A stretch of 64,000 nt of DNA from Candidatus Mediterraneibacter avicola (lineage in GTDB: Bacteria; Bacillota; Clostridia; Lachnospirales; Lachnospiraceae): positions 18,694 to 82,693 of the forward strand of contig DXDR01000097.1 in NCBI GenBank assembly GCA_019115385.1, read 5' to 3'. Of the stretch, positions 28,186 to 37,694 are shown one piece after another (position 1 is the first letter of the stretch; the number at the start of each line of letters is the position of its first letter). Below the pieces are notes generated by a model. It made no database searches. It had not been told where the DNA came from and saw only the letters and a list, made by a program, of their open reading frames with translations. Position numbers and translations under genes: made by a program.

Positions 28186-28632
28186 ATGGGAGTTAAAATA
28201 AAGAAAAACAGAAAATATCGGATCATGGTCGTGCTCTGCGCGGGCCTGGCCCTGGCCTCAATGGCCATATTTTATCATTTCCATCCCACATTTCCCTTCC
28301 CGTTTTCATGTGCGGTGTATGAATTTACCGGATTATATTGTCCGGGCTGTGGTGCGGGACGGGCGTGCAGGGCGATTCTTCAGTTCCGTTTTGTGGAGGC
28401 GTTCTGCTATAATCCGGTATTTGTCATACTTCTGCCGTTTATCGGCCTGTACTTTGCTGTGCGGATGGTGGATTGGGTCATTACGGGAGGCAATCATGTG
28501 GACAAAAAGATCAGTGTCACTCTGCTGATCGTGGTTTTGGTCCTTGTGCTTCTGTTTGGGGTGCTTCGGAATATTCCGGTGTATCCTTTTACTCTCCTGG
28601 CGCCGGGAGGACTGGCTGAGGTGCTGCTGTAA
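28186..28632 (+). CDS. DUF2752-family membrane protein
   Basis: CAVYEFTGLYCPGCGAGRA...A..YNP motif. Confidence 0.85.
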   Translation: MGVKIKKNRKYRIMVVLCAGLALASMAIFYHFHPTFPFPFSCAVYEFTGLYCPGCGAGRACRAILQFRFVEAFCYNPVFVILLPFIGLYFAVRMVDWVITGGNHVDKKISVTLLIVVLVLVLLFGVLRNIPVYPFTLLAPGGLAEVLL

Positions 28633-28686
28633 AAGTAAGCGGCCTGACGCGGCGGCGCTTGTATAAACGCGGGATATAGAAATCAG

Positions 28687-28731
28687 AAATCCGGCTTCGC
28701 TCTGCGGGAAAAGCAGCGAAGCCGGATTTTT
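28687..28731. terminator. Bidirectional terminator
   Basis: AAATCCGGCTTCGCT...AGCGAAGCCGGATTTTT. Confidence 0.8.
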
Positions 28732-30547
28732 ATGCAAACTGGCTGTTATAAAGTTCGGCGTAGGCGCCCCCTGCCGCCAAAAGGCTTTTATGGGTCCCCT
28801 GTTCGATGATAGTCCCATCCTGCATTACCAGTATCAGGTCGGCGTCTATGATAGTGGAAAGCCGATGGGCGATCACAAAGCTGGTGCGGTTTTTCATCAG
28901 CCGGCCCATGGCCCGTACAATCTCGATTTCTGTGCGCGTATCCACGCTTGATGTGGCTTCGTCCAGGATGAGGACCGCCGGATCCCGGAGGAAGACTCTT
29001 GCGATCGTAAGAAGCTGGCGCTGCCCGACGGAAATATTTTCCGCATCATTGCTCAGAACAGTTTGATAGCCGTGGGGCAGAGTGCGGATGAAGAAGTCTG
29101 CACGCGCTGCTTTTGCGGCTGCAACGATCTCTTCATGAGATGCGCCGGGCCGGCTGTATGCGATATTCTCTTCGATGGTTCCTTCAAAAAGCCAGGTGTC
29201 CTGGAGGACCATACCGAAGCAGTTTCTCAGATTCGCCCGCGTTAAGTCCTGAATATTCTTCCCGTCCAATAATATATCTCCTCCGCTTATCTCATAAAAA
29301 CGCATGAGAAGATTGATCAGGGTTGTTTTTCCGGCTCCTGTACTGCCTACGACCGCAATTTTTTGTCCGGGATCCGCCTTAAAACTGACATCTTTCATCA
29401 GAGTGTTTTCCGGGGTGTATCCAAAGCGGACATGGCGGAATTCTACAGCGCCTTCTGCCTGTTCAATATGATCGGGAACTTTTGTGTCCGGGATCATTTC
29501 CGGTTCGTCAAGAAGACGGTAGACCCGCTCCAGAGAGGCCAGCGACGACTGCATGGAGTTTATCATAAATGCCAGTTCTGTAAGCGGTTCAGCGGACTGG
29601 TTAACATATTGGAAAAATGCCTGAAATGTTCCTACAGTCAGGGTGCCGTTCAGAAGCATATTTCCGCCGAAGACGGCAATCAGTATCTGTCCGCCGCGGT
29701 TGATCAGGCGGATCAGCGGATTGATGGAGTTGATCATAAAGTCTGCCTTCCGGGACGCATCTGCCAGATCCTGCGTGGCCCGGTGCATCCGCCCGGAACT
29801 GTCCTGTTCCAGGTTAAATGACTTGATAATGGTGCGCCCGCTGTAGTTTTCCTCTACCAGCGAGGTGACATCGCTGACACACTGCTGCCGGGTCAGCGCA
29901 TGTTGGAGAGTCCGTGCAGAAACCCAGCCGGTAACAAGAAGGGACAGGCCCATAAAAATCAAGAATATAATTGTGAGCAGGATACTGAAGCGAAACATCA
30001 TGATCAGGGATCCTGCGATCATGCCTGCAGCGGTAAAGAGCTTCAGCACTCCGGTCTGGAAGGCTTCGGACATTTTATCCAGGTCATTTGTGATCCGGCT
30101 CAAAACGGCCCCGGGTTTGTTTTGATCAAAAAAGGACAGCGGGAGCCGGCTAAGCTTTTGGCTGATTTCATTTCTCAGGCGGAGGCTGAGGTTTTCTGCA
30201 AAACTTGCCATAAGAAAAGACTGAAGCAGATAAAAGGCTCCTGCAGCCAGATAGAGCAGCAGGAGGAAAAGCAGATCTTTTCCGCCGGAGTCCCAGGATA
30301 TGGAGAATGCAGTTCCGTCCTGAAAAGCCGCCTGTATCTTCGCCCATAAAAGATCCACGATATATGCGCTGTACAGCGGGGCGGCGATGGAGAGGACGGT
30401 GTAGAAAATAACTGAAATCAAAACCACAGCCAGCCGCCGGTGCTGATCGCTGACGGACGTCCATAGCCGTTTTAATGTGCCGCGTACATTATCCGGGGCC
30501 GAAAGATCAAAGCCGTCGTCAAAGTTTTCCATATTGTTATCATCCAT
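28730..30547 (-). CDS. Heterodimeric ABC exporter, subunit with consensus Walker B/H-loop
   Basis: TMD + GSTGAGKTT, ISVGQRQ, LILDEATSSVD, IAHR. Confidence 0.93.
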   Translation of the reverse strand: MDDNNMENFDDGFDLSAPDNVRGTLKRLWTSVSDQHRRLAVVLISVIFYTVLSIAAPLYSAYIVDLLWAKIQAAFQDGTAFSISWDSGGKDLLFLLLLYLAAGAFYLLQSFLMASFAENLSLRLRNEISQKLSRLPLSFFDQNKPGAVLSRITNDLDKMSEAFQTGVLKLFTAAGMIAGSLIMMFRFSILLTIIFLIFMGLSLLVTGWVSARTLQHALTRQQCVSDVTSLVEENYSGRTIIKSFNLEQDSSGRMHRATQDLADASRKADFMINSINPLIRLINRGGQILIAVFGGNMLLNGTLTVGTFQAFFQYVNQSAEPLTELAFMINSMQSSLASLERVYRLLDEPEMIPDTKVPDHIEQAEGAVEFRHVRFGYTPENTLMKDVSFKADPGQKIAVVGSTGAGKTTLINLLMRFYEISGGDILLDGKNIQDLTRANLRNCFGMVLQDTWLFEGTIEENIAYSRPGASHEEIVAAAKAARADFFIRTLPHGYQTVLSNDAENISVGQRQLLTIARVFLRDPAVLILDEATSSVDTRTEIEIVRAMGRLMKNRTSFVIAHRLSTIIDADLILVMQDGTIIEQGTHKSLLAAGGAYAELYNSQFA

Positions 30548-32273
30548 ACAACGTTTCTCCTTTCATTTGTGATTCGGCAATCTCCCTGTATATCCGGCAG
30601 TTATCCAGAAGCTGGCGGTGTGTGCCGGAACCCGCGATTTTCCCGTTTTCCAGAACAATGATCTGATCTGCATGCATTATGGTGCTGATTCTCTGGGCAA
30701 TGATCAAAACGGCAGAATCTTTCGTCTCTTTTTGCAGGGCTTTCCGCAGGGCGGCATCCGTTTTAAAGTCCAGAGCGGAAAAACTGTCGTCAAATATATA
30801 CAGTTCTGCCGGCTTCATCAGAGCCCTCGCGATAGAAAGACGCTGGCGCTGGCCGCCGGAAAAATTTGTGCCGCCCTGGGACGCACGGTATGAAAGACCT
30901 CCGGGAAGGCTGTTTACAAAATCAGCCTGGGAGCAGGCGAGGATTTTCTGCATCTGTTCTTCATCGGCATCGCTGCATCCGTGTTTCAGATTTTCTGCGA
31001 TTGTTCCGGAAAAAAGCCAGGACTTTTGCGGCACATAGGAAATACGGTTCCGCAGTTCATGCTGGGGAAGCTCCCGGATATCCGTCCCGTCCAGCAGGAT
31101 CCTGCCGGAAGTCACATCGTGAAAACGCAGGATCAGCTTTGCAATGGTTGACTTTCCGCATCCTGTACTGCCGACGACAGCGGTAGTCTGTCCCCGTCTG
31201 CAGTGAAAACTGATGTTATGCAGTGTGTCCTCATCGGCGTCTGCAAAACGAAAACTGACGTTTTGCAGGCGGATCACGTCCTCTGCTGCAGAAGATGGAG
31301 ACGGTACAGTACTTACGTTGTCGGTGATCTCCGGTTCTGTGTCCAGGACTTCCTGAATCCTCCTTGCGCAGACAGAAGCTCTGGGAAGCATGATCAGCAC
31401 GAACTGTGCCATAATGACATAGAACAGAATCAAAATGGCGTATTCGATCAGAGCGGTGATGTCGCCCATGCGTATAAAGCCTGATCCGGCCCGGTTTCCT
31501 CCTGCGAAAAGGAGGGCTACGATGATAAGGTTTATAATCAGCAGCGCCGAGCTTTCCAGTCCTGCAAAGAGACGGTTGGCCTTGACAGAAGAGTCTCTGT
31601 AATCTCCGAAGGCCATGTTCATCCGGTCTTCCTCATAAGCTTCTTTCCCGAAGGCACGGACAACCCGCACGCCGGTTATGTTTTCACGGATCACCACGTT
31701 CATCCGGTCGAGAAGGCTCTGAAGACGTTCAAACAGCGGCGCGGCTATTTTCATTACAATAATCGTCATGAGAAGAAGAACTGCGGTTACGCCGGACAGT
31801 ATCCACCCCATAAAAGGATCCACCAGAAAAGCCATTATGATTCCCAGGGCGCAGACTGCAGGGACCGGCAGGATCATCTGGATAAACATGATCACAGACT
31901 GCTGGATGATATTGATGTCGCTTAAGGTACGGGTGATCATGGAAGCAGTGCCGAACTTTTCCAGATCAGAGTCGGAAAACAAAAGCGACTTATCATAGAC
32001 AGCATTGCGGATGTCTCTTCCGAGCCTGGCGGCAAGGTCAGAACAAAAATAACTTCCGGCCAGGGCGCCCAGACTGGCAAACAGAGAAACCGCCGCCATA
32101 AGAATTCCCTGGCGGATAATATAGGGCAGACTTCCGCCGCCGATCCCATTGTTGATAATGTCTGCCGTGATAGTAGGAATGAGAAGTCCTCCGGCCACAT
32201 CAAGAATCATAGCCAGGACAACAAATATGATCTGTTTTCTGTATGGTTTTATAAATTGTAATATCAGTTTCAT
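30540..32273 (-). CDS. Heterodimeric ABC exporter, subunit with degenerate Walker B/H-loop
   Basis: TMD + GSTGCGKST, FSGGQRQR, IFDDSFSALD (Glu to Asp), IAQR (His to Gln); start reset to MKLILQF. Confidence 0.93.
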   Translation of the reverse strand: MKLILQFIKPYRKQIIFVVLAMILDVAGGLLIPTITADIINNGIGGGSLPYIIRQGILMAAVSLFASLGALAGSYFCSDLAARLGRDIRNAVYDKSLLFSDSDLEKFGTASMITRTLSDINIIQQSVIMFIQMILPVPAVCALGIIMAFLVDPFMGWILSGVTAVLLLMTIIVMKIAAPLFERLQSLLDRMNVVIRENITGVRVVRAFGKEAYEEDRMNMAFGDYRDSSVKANRLFAGLESSALLIINLIIVALLFAGGNRAGSGFIRMGDITALIEYAILILFYVIMAQFVLIMLPRASVCARRIQEVLDTEPEITDNVSTVPSPSSAAEDVIRLQNVSFRFADADEDTLHNISFHCRRGQTTAVVGSTGCGKSTIAKLILRFHDVTSGRILLDGTDIRELPQHELRNRISYVPQKSWLFSGTIAENLKHGCSDADEEQMQKILACSQADFVNSLPGGLSYRASQGGTNFSGGQRQRLSIARALMKPAELYIFDDSFSALDFKTDAALRKALQKETKDSAVLIIAQRISTIMHADQIIVLENGKIAGSGTHRQLLDNCRIYREIAESQMKGETLYG

Positions 32274-32286
32274 TTTTGTTACTCCA

Positions 32287-32742
32287 TTAATGATTATGAA
32301 GAACTGCTTCAATTTCTGTTTTCAGGAGAGCATACTGCTTTTGGGAAAGGGCAAGAAATAGCGCGCGCTCCTCCGCGGACATTTTCTCAAGAACCCTTTC
32401 TTCCAGTTCATAAAATGAAGAAATAACTTTGCGGCAGAAAATTTCCCCCTCCTGGGTGAGTCGGACAGCCTTATTATTCCGCGCCACGGCCAACTGTTCA
32501 AGCTTCACATAGCCGGCCTTTACCAGCGAAGAAATCGCAGAGTTAATACTCTGTGAAGGGAGATGCCACATCTTTGCAAGCATATTCTGCGTATAGGTTT
32601 CCTCTGTCCCGCACAAAGCATACAAAATCCAGAATGATGTGACAGACAGGCCATAGTGAGAGGCATAAGCGTGATACAGGTCATCCTGCCGCTTATAAAG
32701 CCGGTTCAGTTCCAGATTCAATTCTTTTATATCGTTTCCCAT
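32287..32742 (-). CDS. MarR-family regulator
   Basis: YGLS...ILYAL...TQNMLAKMWHLPSQSINSAISSLVKAGYV...VRLTQEG. Confidence 0.9.
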   Translation of the reverse strand: MGNDIKELNLELNRLYKRQDDLYHAYASHYGLSVTSFWILYALCGTEETYTQNMLAKMWHLPSQSINSAISSLVKAGYVKLEQLAVARNNKAVRLTQEGEIFCRKVISSFYELEERVLEKMSAEERALFLALSQKQYALLKTEIEAVLHNH

Positions 32743-32756
32743 TACTTTAACTCCTT

Positions 32757-32806
32757 AAAATCCGTTTTCGGAATTTAATTATAAATCCGAAAACGGATTT
32801 TGTCAA
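32757..32806 (-). promoter_or_regulatory. Consensus promoter of the marR-ABC operon overlapped by a 16-bp inverted repeat (probable MarR operator)
   Basis: Minus-strand TTGACA(32806-32801)-17-TATAAT(32783-32778); AAAATCCGTTTTCGGA-N13-TCCGAAAACGGATTTT. Confidence 0.8.
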
Positions 32807-32885
32807 AAGAAAAGCATTTTGTTTTACTAAGCAGACAAGATATGCTATGATATATTCGAAAAAAGAAACAATTCTGAAAATATCA

Positions 32886-32910
32886 TCAAAAGGGGTCAGA
32901 CCCCTTTTGA
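32886..32910. repeat. Intergenic palindrome, copy 1 (REP-like)
   Basis: TCAAAAGGGGTCAGACCCCTTTTGA in the pyrF leader. Confidence 0.9.
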
Positions 32911-32927
32911 AAAACGGAGGAAACAAT

Positions 32928-33854
32928 ATGATTAATAAACTGGTGAAAAAGATCAAAAAGACCGGCGCGCCTATTGTCGTAGGGCTTGATCCGATGCTGA
33001 ATTATATTCCTGAGCATATTCTGAATAAGGCATATGCAGAATACGGTGAAACTTTGGAGGGGGCGGCAGAGGCTGTCTGGCAGTTTAATAAGGAAATCGT
33101 GGATAATACCTGCGACCTGATTCCGGCAGTGAAGCCGCAGATCGCCATGTACGAGCAGTTTGGTGTGCCGGGGCTTGCAGCGTTTAAAAAGACTGTGGAC
33201 TACTGCAAGTCAAAAGATCTGGTTGTAATCGGAGATATTAAAAGAGGTGATATCGGCTCCACCTCAGCGGCATATGCAGCCGGTCATCTTGGGAAAGTGA
33301 AAGTTGGAAATAAAGAGTACGTCCCGTTCGACGAGGATTTTGCAACTGTAAATCCGTATCTCGGTTCTGACGGAGTAAATCCATTTATCGACGTGTGCAA
33401 AGCTGAGAAAAAAGGCCTCTTCATACTTGTAAAGACATCCAATCCATCCAGCGGGGAATTTCAGGATAAGCTGATCGACGGACGTCCGCTGTATGAACTG
33501 GTAGGAGAAAAAGTCGCTCAGTGGGGCGCGGAGTGCATGGGAGATGAATACAGCTACATCGGCGCAGTTGTAGGAGCTACTTACCCGGAGATGGGGAAAA
33601 TACTCAGAAAGATCATGCCGAAGGCCTACATTCTGGTACCTGGATACGGCGCTCAGGGAGGCAAAGGGAAAGATCTGGTTCATTTCTTCAACGAAGACGG
33701 ACTGGGCGCAATCGTAAACTCATCCAGAGGAATCATTGCGGCCTACAAACAGGAGGCATATGCAGAATACGGAGAAGAGAACTTCGGAGAGGCGTCCAGA
33801 GCGGCAGTCAAAGATATGATTGCCGATATCAGCAGCGCACTGGAAGAGAGATAA
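32928..33854 (+). CDS. pyrF: Orotidine-5'-phosphate decarboxylase (type 2)
   Basis: VGLDP, VKPQIA, DIKRGDIGST, VKTSN, VVGAT, PGYGAQGG, NSSR. Confidence 0.96.
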   Translation: MINKLVKKIKKTGAPIVVGLDPMLNYIPEHILNKAYAEYGETLEGAAEAVWQFNKEIVDNTCDLIPAVKPQIAMYEQFGVPGLAAFKKTVDYCKSKDLVVIGDIKRGDIGSTSAAYAAGHLGKVKVGNKEYVPFDEDFATVNPYLGSDGVNPFIDVCKAEKKGLFILVKTSNPSSGEFQDKLIDGRPLYELVGEKVAQWGAECMGDEYSYIGAVVGATYPEMGKILRKIMPKAYILVPGYGAQGGKGKDLVHFFNEDGLGAIVNSSRGIIAAYKQEAYAEYGEENFGEASRAAVKDMIADISSALEER

Positions 33855-33880
33855 AAATATAGAATATTCTGATAATATTA

Positions 33881-33905
33881 CCAAAAGGGGTCTGACCCCT
33901 TTTGG
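33881..33905. repeat. Intergenic palindrome, copy 2
   Basis: CCAAAAGGGGTCTGACCCCTTTTGG between pyrF and pyrK, with outer arms TTCTGATAAT / ATTGTCAGAA. Confidence 0.9.
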
Positions 33906-33931
33906 AAGAATTGTCAGAAAAAGGAGACGAT

Positions 33932-34717
33932 ATGACGAACAGAAAAAAGGAAAATGCGGTGATTCTTTTCCAGGAGGAGATTGCTTCTGGTATTTTCAGT
34001 TTATGGCTGAAGGCGGAGGCCGCCTCTCAGGCGAAGCCGGGCCAGTTTATTTCTATGTATACAAATGATGGGAGCAGGCTGCTTCCACGGCCCATCAGTA
34101 TTTGCGAGATCAATCAGGCGAAGGGTGCGCTTCGGGTCGTGTACCGGGTTACCGGACCGGGCACGGGGACGGAGCTTTTTTCCCGGATGAAGGCGGGAGA
34201 TGTGATTCCGGTTATCGGTCCTCTGGGAAATGGCTTCCCCCTGGAGTGTGCAGAGGGGAGAAGGGTGTTTCTGATCGGAGGGGGCATCGGTGTGCCGCCG
34301 ATCCTTGAGCTTGCCAAGCAGTTAAACTGCGGAAAGAAGCAGATCATTGTAGGGTATCGCGACAAAGAAACGTTTCTGAGGGATGAGTTTGAAGAAAATG
34401 GAGAACTGTATATTTCCACGGAGGACGGCAGCGTGGGTACGAAGGGAAATGTGCTGGACGCTATACGGGAAAATGGCCTTGAGGCAGATCTGATCTATGC
34501 CTGCGGCCCCACTCCCATGCTTCGCGCACTGCAGGCTTATGCCGCAGAAAACAAAATCGAGTGCTACCTTTCTCTGGAGGAGCGGATGGCCTGCGGAATA
34601 GGGGCCTGTCTTGCATGTGTGTGCAGGACAAAAGAGAAAGATCATCACAGCAATGTAAATAATAAACGGATCTGTAAAGACGGTCCGGTATTCCTGTCAA
34701 CGGAGGTGGAACTCTGA
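33932..34717 (+). CDS. pyrK: Dihydroorotate dehydrogenase electron-transfer subunit
   Basis: KPGQF, LPRPISI, GPLGNGF, GGGIGVPP, ACGP, CGIGACLAC...C [2Fe-2S]. Confidence 0.96.
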   Translation: MTNRKKENAVILFQEEIASGIFSLWLKAEAASQAKPGQFISMYTNDGSRLLPRPISICEINQAKGALRVVYRVTGPGTGTELFSRMKAGDVIPVIGPLGNGFPLECAEGRRVFLIGGGIGVPPILELAKQLNCGKKQIIVGYRDKETFLRDEFEENGELYISTEDGSVGTKGNVLDAIRENGLEADLIYACGPTPMLRALQAYAAENKIECYLSLEERMACGIGACLACVCRTKEKDHHSNVNNKRICKDGPVFLSTEVEL

Positions 34718-35619
34718 TGAATATGAAAGTTAATATTGCAGGCGTAGAGTGGAAAAATCCGGTGACTGTGGCCTCCGGCACCTTCGGATCGGGAGAAGAG
34801 TTTTCAGAGTTTGTTGATCTGAACAGGCTCGGGGCAGTGACCACAAAAGGAGTGGCAAATATTCCCTGGGAGGGCAACCCTACTCCCAGAGTGGCTGAGA
34901 CCTGCTCGGGAATGATGAATGCGGTGGGACTTCAGAATCCGGGAATTGACCTTTTCTGTAAAAGAGATATTCCGTTTCTGAAAAAATATGACACGAGAAT
35001 CATTGTAAATGTCTGCGGAAAATCGACAGAGGATTACTGTGAAGTGGTGGAACGCCTGGCGGATGAGGACGTGGATATGCTGGAAATCAATATTTCCTGT
35101 CCGAATGTCAAGGAGGGCGGAATCGCTTTCGGCCAGAACCCGAAAGCTGCCGAAGACATAACGAAAGCTGTGAAAAAGTATGCAAAACAGCCTGTAATTA
35201 TGAAACTCAGTCCCAATGTAACAAGCATAGCGGAGATGGCAAAAGCCGTCGAAGCGGGGGGCGCGGACGCCGTTTCTCTGATCAATACCATAACCGGGAT
35301 GAAGATCGATATCCACAGAAAAACCTTCCTTCTGGCAAATAAGACCGGAGGTGTATCCGGTCCGGCGATTCATCCGATTGCCGTGCGCATGGTGTATGAA
35401 GCGGCGAATGCGGTCAAAGTGCCTGTTATCGGAATGGGCGGGATCGCGACGGCGGAAGACGCCATCGAGATGATCCTGGCGGGAGCCAGCGCCGTTTCTG
35501 TAGGGACAGCAAATTTCTACGATCCGGGCGTGACAATGAAGATCGTGGATGGGATCGAAGAATATATGCGCCGGCAGGGATTTGAGACAGTTTCCGATAT
35601 GGTAGGAATCGTTAAATAA
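34717..35619 (+). CDS. pyrD: Dihydroorotate dehydrogenase B catalytic subunit
   Basis: ASGTFG, GNPTPR, NAVGLQNPG, EINISCPN, KLSPN, INT, GGVSG. Confidence 0.96.
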   Translation: MNMKVNIAGVEWKNPVTVASGTFGSGEEFSEFVDLNRLGAVTTKGVANIPWEGNPTPRVAETCSGMMNAVGLQNPGIDLFCKRDIPFLKKYDTRIIVNVCGKSTEDYCEVVERLADEDVDMLEINISCPNVKEGGIAFGQNPKAAEDITKAVKKYAKQPVIMKLSPNVTSIAEMAKAVEAGGADAVSLINTITGMKIDIHRKTFLLANKTGGVSGPAIHPIAVRMVYEAANAVKVPVIGMGGIATAEDAIEMILAGASAVSVGTANFYDPGVTMKIVDGIEEYMRRQGFETVSDMVGIVK

Positions 35620-35656
35620 AGAAGTGTACAGGAAAGAACAGGATAATGGAATATGC

Positions 35657-35695
35657 AGGAGATTGTCTGGAATGAAGACAGTCTCCTTTTGTTTT
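35657..35695 (+). terminator. Terminator after pyrD
   Basis: AGGAGATTGTC...GACAGTCTCCT + TTTGTTTT. Confidence 0.75.
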
Positions 35696-35704
35696 ATTGT
35701 CGGA

Positions 35705-35721
35705 AAATTGACTTTTCTATG
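35705..35721 (+). promoter_or_regulatory. 17-bp box, copy 1 (upstream of the response regulator)
   Basis: AAATTGACTTTTCTATG, identical to 37639-37655. Confidence 0.7.
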
Positions 35722-35763
35722 TTATAAATTCCGTTATAATGGCATTGAAGGAGGGATCTGATT

Positions 35764-36444
35764 TTGGATAACCGTCATAGTGTATTGCTTGTTGATGATG
35801 AGCGGTCCATATTGGACCTGTTAAAGCTGCAGCTTGAGTCGGAGGGATATCAGGTATATACGGCAGAAAATGCGGCTGAGGCGTTAAATAAGTTATCGTA
35901 TACACCGGATATTATTCTTCTGGATATAAATATGAGAGGGACAAACGGACTGGAACTGTGCGTGTCCATAAGGGATTTTGTGGCCTGTCCGATCCTTTTT
36001 CTGACTGCAAGAATATCAGAGCAGGATAAAGTAAACGGACTTATGGCAGGCGGAGATGATTATATTACAAAACCCTTCTCTATGGATGAGCTGCTGGCAA
36101 GGATTTCTGCACATTTGCGAAGAGAAGAACGAAGCCATCATAAGACAAGAGGGAAATTTTCAGAAGAACTGGTGATCGACTATGGAAAGCGCAGCGTCTA
36201 TATCAAAGGAAAATTAGTAGAACTGTCAAATAAAGAGTTTGAAATTATCCGGCTTCTGTCAAGAAACGCCGGCCAGGTATTTGACAGGGAAAAAATCTAT
36301 GAAATTATCTGGGGGATTGACGGAAGCGGAGACAGTACGGTGATAAAAGAGCATATTCGTAAAATACGGATAAAATTTGCGGAATATACAGAAAAAACAT
36401 ATATTTCCACTGTTTGGGGAGTGGGTTACAAATGGATAAACTGA
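35764..36444 (+). CDS. OmpR-family response regulator
   Basis: LLVDDE, LLDINM (phospho-Asp), FLTA, DDYITKPF, wHTH ending TVWGVGYKW; TTG start behind GGAGG. Confidence 0.93.
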   Translation: MDNRHSVLLVDDERSILDLLKLQLESEGYQVYTAENAAEALNKLSYTPDIILLDINMRGTNGLELCVSIRDFVACPILFLTARISEQDKVNGLMAGGDDYITKPFSMDELLARISAHLRREERSHHKTRGKFSEELVIDYGKRSVYIKGKLVELSNKEFEIIRLLSRNAGQVFDREKIYEIIWGIDGSGDSTVIKEHIRKIRIKFAEYTEKTYISTVWGVGYKWIN

Positions 36445-37622
36445 AACGGAAATTAGAAAATATGTCTTTAAGAAAAACCCTGTTATTTGTATCTGTTATC
36501 AGCCTGAGTATTGTCGGCGTCTTATCTATAGCAACAATATTAACGGCCTCTGATATCCGTCAGGAAATATTGGACACCAGACCGATTATCGTTACAGACT
36601 ATACGGTAGAAAGCAGCCCGGAGATCGCAAACGGCTTCCGCATTCATCCCGGGAAATACAGCTACGGAGACCTGACGGATCAAAATCAGCTTTCTTATTG
36701 GGCTGCCACCGCGCTGATGATTATTCTGCCGCTGTTGTATGTTGTGACCGGCTCAATCGCCGTTGCAAAAGTATATTACAGATGGAAACTGCAGACTCCC
36801 ATAAAAGTTCTGAAAAACGGGATGGCCCACATCTCCGCTCAGGATCTGGACTTTCAGATCCTCTATAAATCGGATGATGAACTTGGAAAATTATGTGATC
36901 TGTTTGAGCAGATGAGAAGCGAGGTCTGTAAAAGTAACCGCAAAATGTGGGATATGCTGCAGGAACGCAAGGCTTTGACCGCCTCCGTTTCCCATGATCT
37001 GAGGACGCCGATCACGGTTATAAGAGGGTACCTTGAATATATAGATAAATCATTGAGTAAAGAAACATTAACACAAGACACGCTGAAAATGACGGTCTGA
37101 AATATGACCCAGGCTGCGGAGCGTCTGGAAAGATATGTGGAGTGCGTAAAGGATATACAGAAAATTGAAGATATAGAAATCAGAAATGGCAAGATCGATC
37201 TGAAAAAATTTATATCAAATATCTCAAAAGATTTTAAGATATTAGCAGAACAGTATGGGAAGCAGGTGGAAATACGGGATTTGTCCGAGACAAAACAGAT
37301 TGTGTCGGATGAAGAAATGCTGTCAAAGATATTGGAAAACATTTTTGATAACGCGCTGCGGTTTGCAGCCGAAAAAATTGAAATTGAAGTGACGGAAGAG
37401 AAAAACAATATTTTGTTTTCAGTCCAGGATGACGGCAATGGATTTACGGAAGATGAATTAAAGGCAGCCACATCATTTTATTACAGCTCTCCGATAAACG
37501 GGGGCAGCTTTGGAATCGGGCTTTCGATATGCAAAATTCTCTGCGGGAAACTTGGCGGCAGCCTGCGCCTGAAAAACAGACCCGGTTCCGGCGCGGCAGT
37601 TACAATGGTAATCGAAAAATAG
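36432..37622 (+). pseudogene. Sensor histidine kinase interrupted by one in-frame TGA (37098-37100)
   Basis: 2 TM + HAMP + H-box SVSHDLRTP before the stop. The frame continues (LKMTV*NMTQAAERLE) into the HATPase domain with ENIFDNALRF, QDDGNGF, GIGLSI. Confidence 0.88.
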
Positions 37623-37638
37623 TCCGGAACTTTTCTGG

Positions 37639-37655
37639 AAATTGACTTTTCTATG
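37639..37655 (+). promoter_or_regulatory. 17-bp box, copy 2 (upstream of the ABC operon)
   Basis: AAATTGACTTTTCTATG, identical to 35705-35721. Confidence 0.7.
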
Positions 37656-37694
37656 AAATAATCTCCTTACAGAATATCGTAAGGAGGTTTTTTC

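Noticed and set aside
37098-37100. Selenocysteine recoding of the kinase TGA
   Set aside because: The position is not a redox/Cys site, and no SECIS-like hairpin is evident immediately downstream
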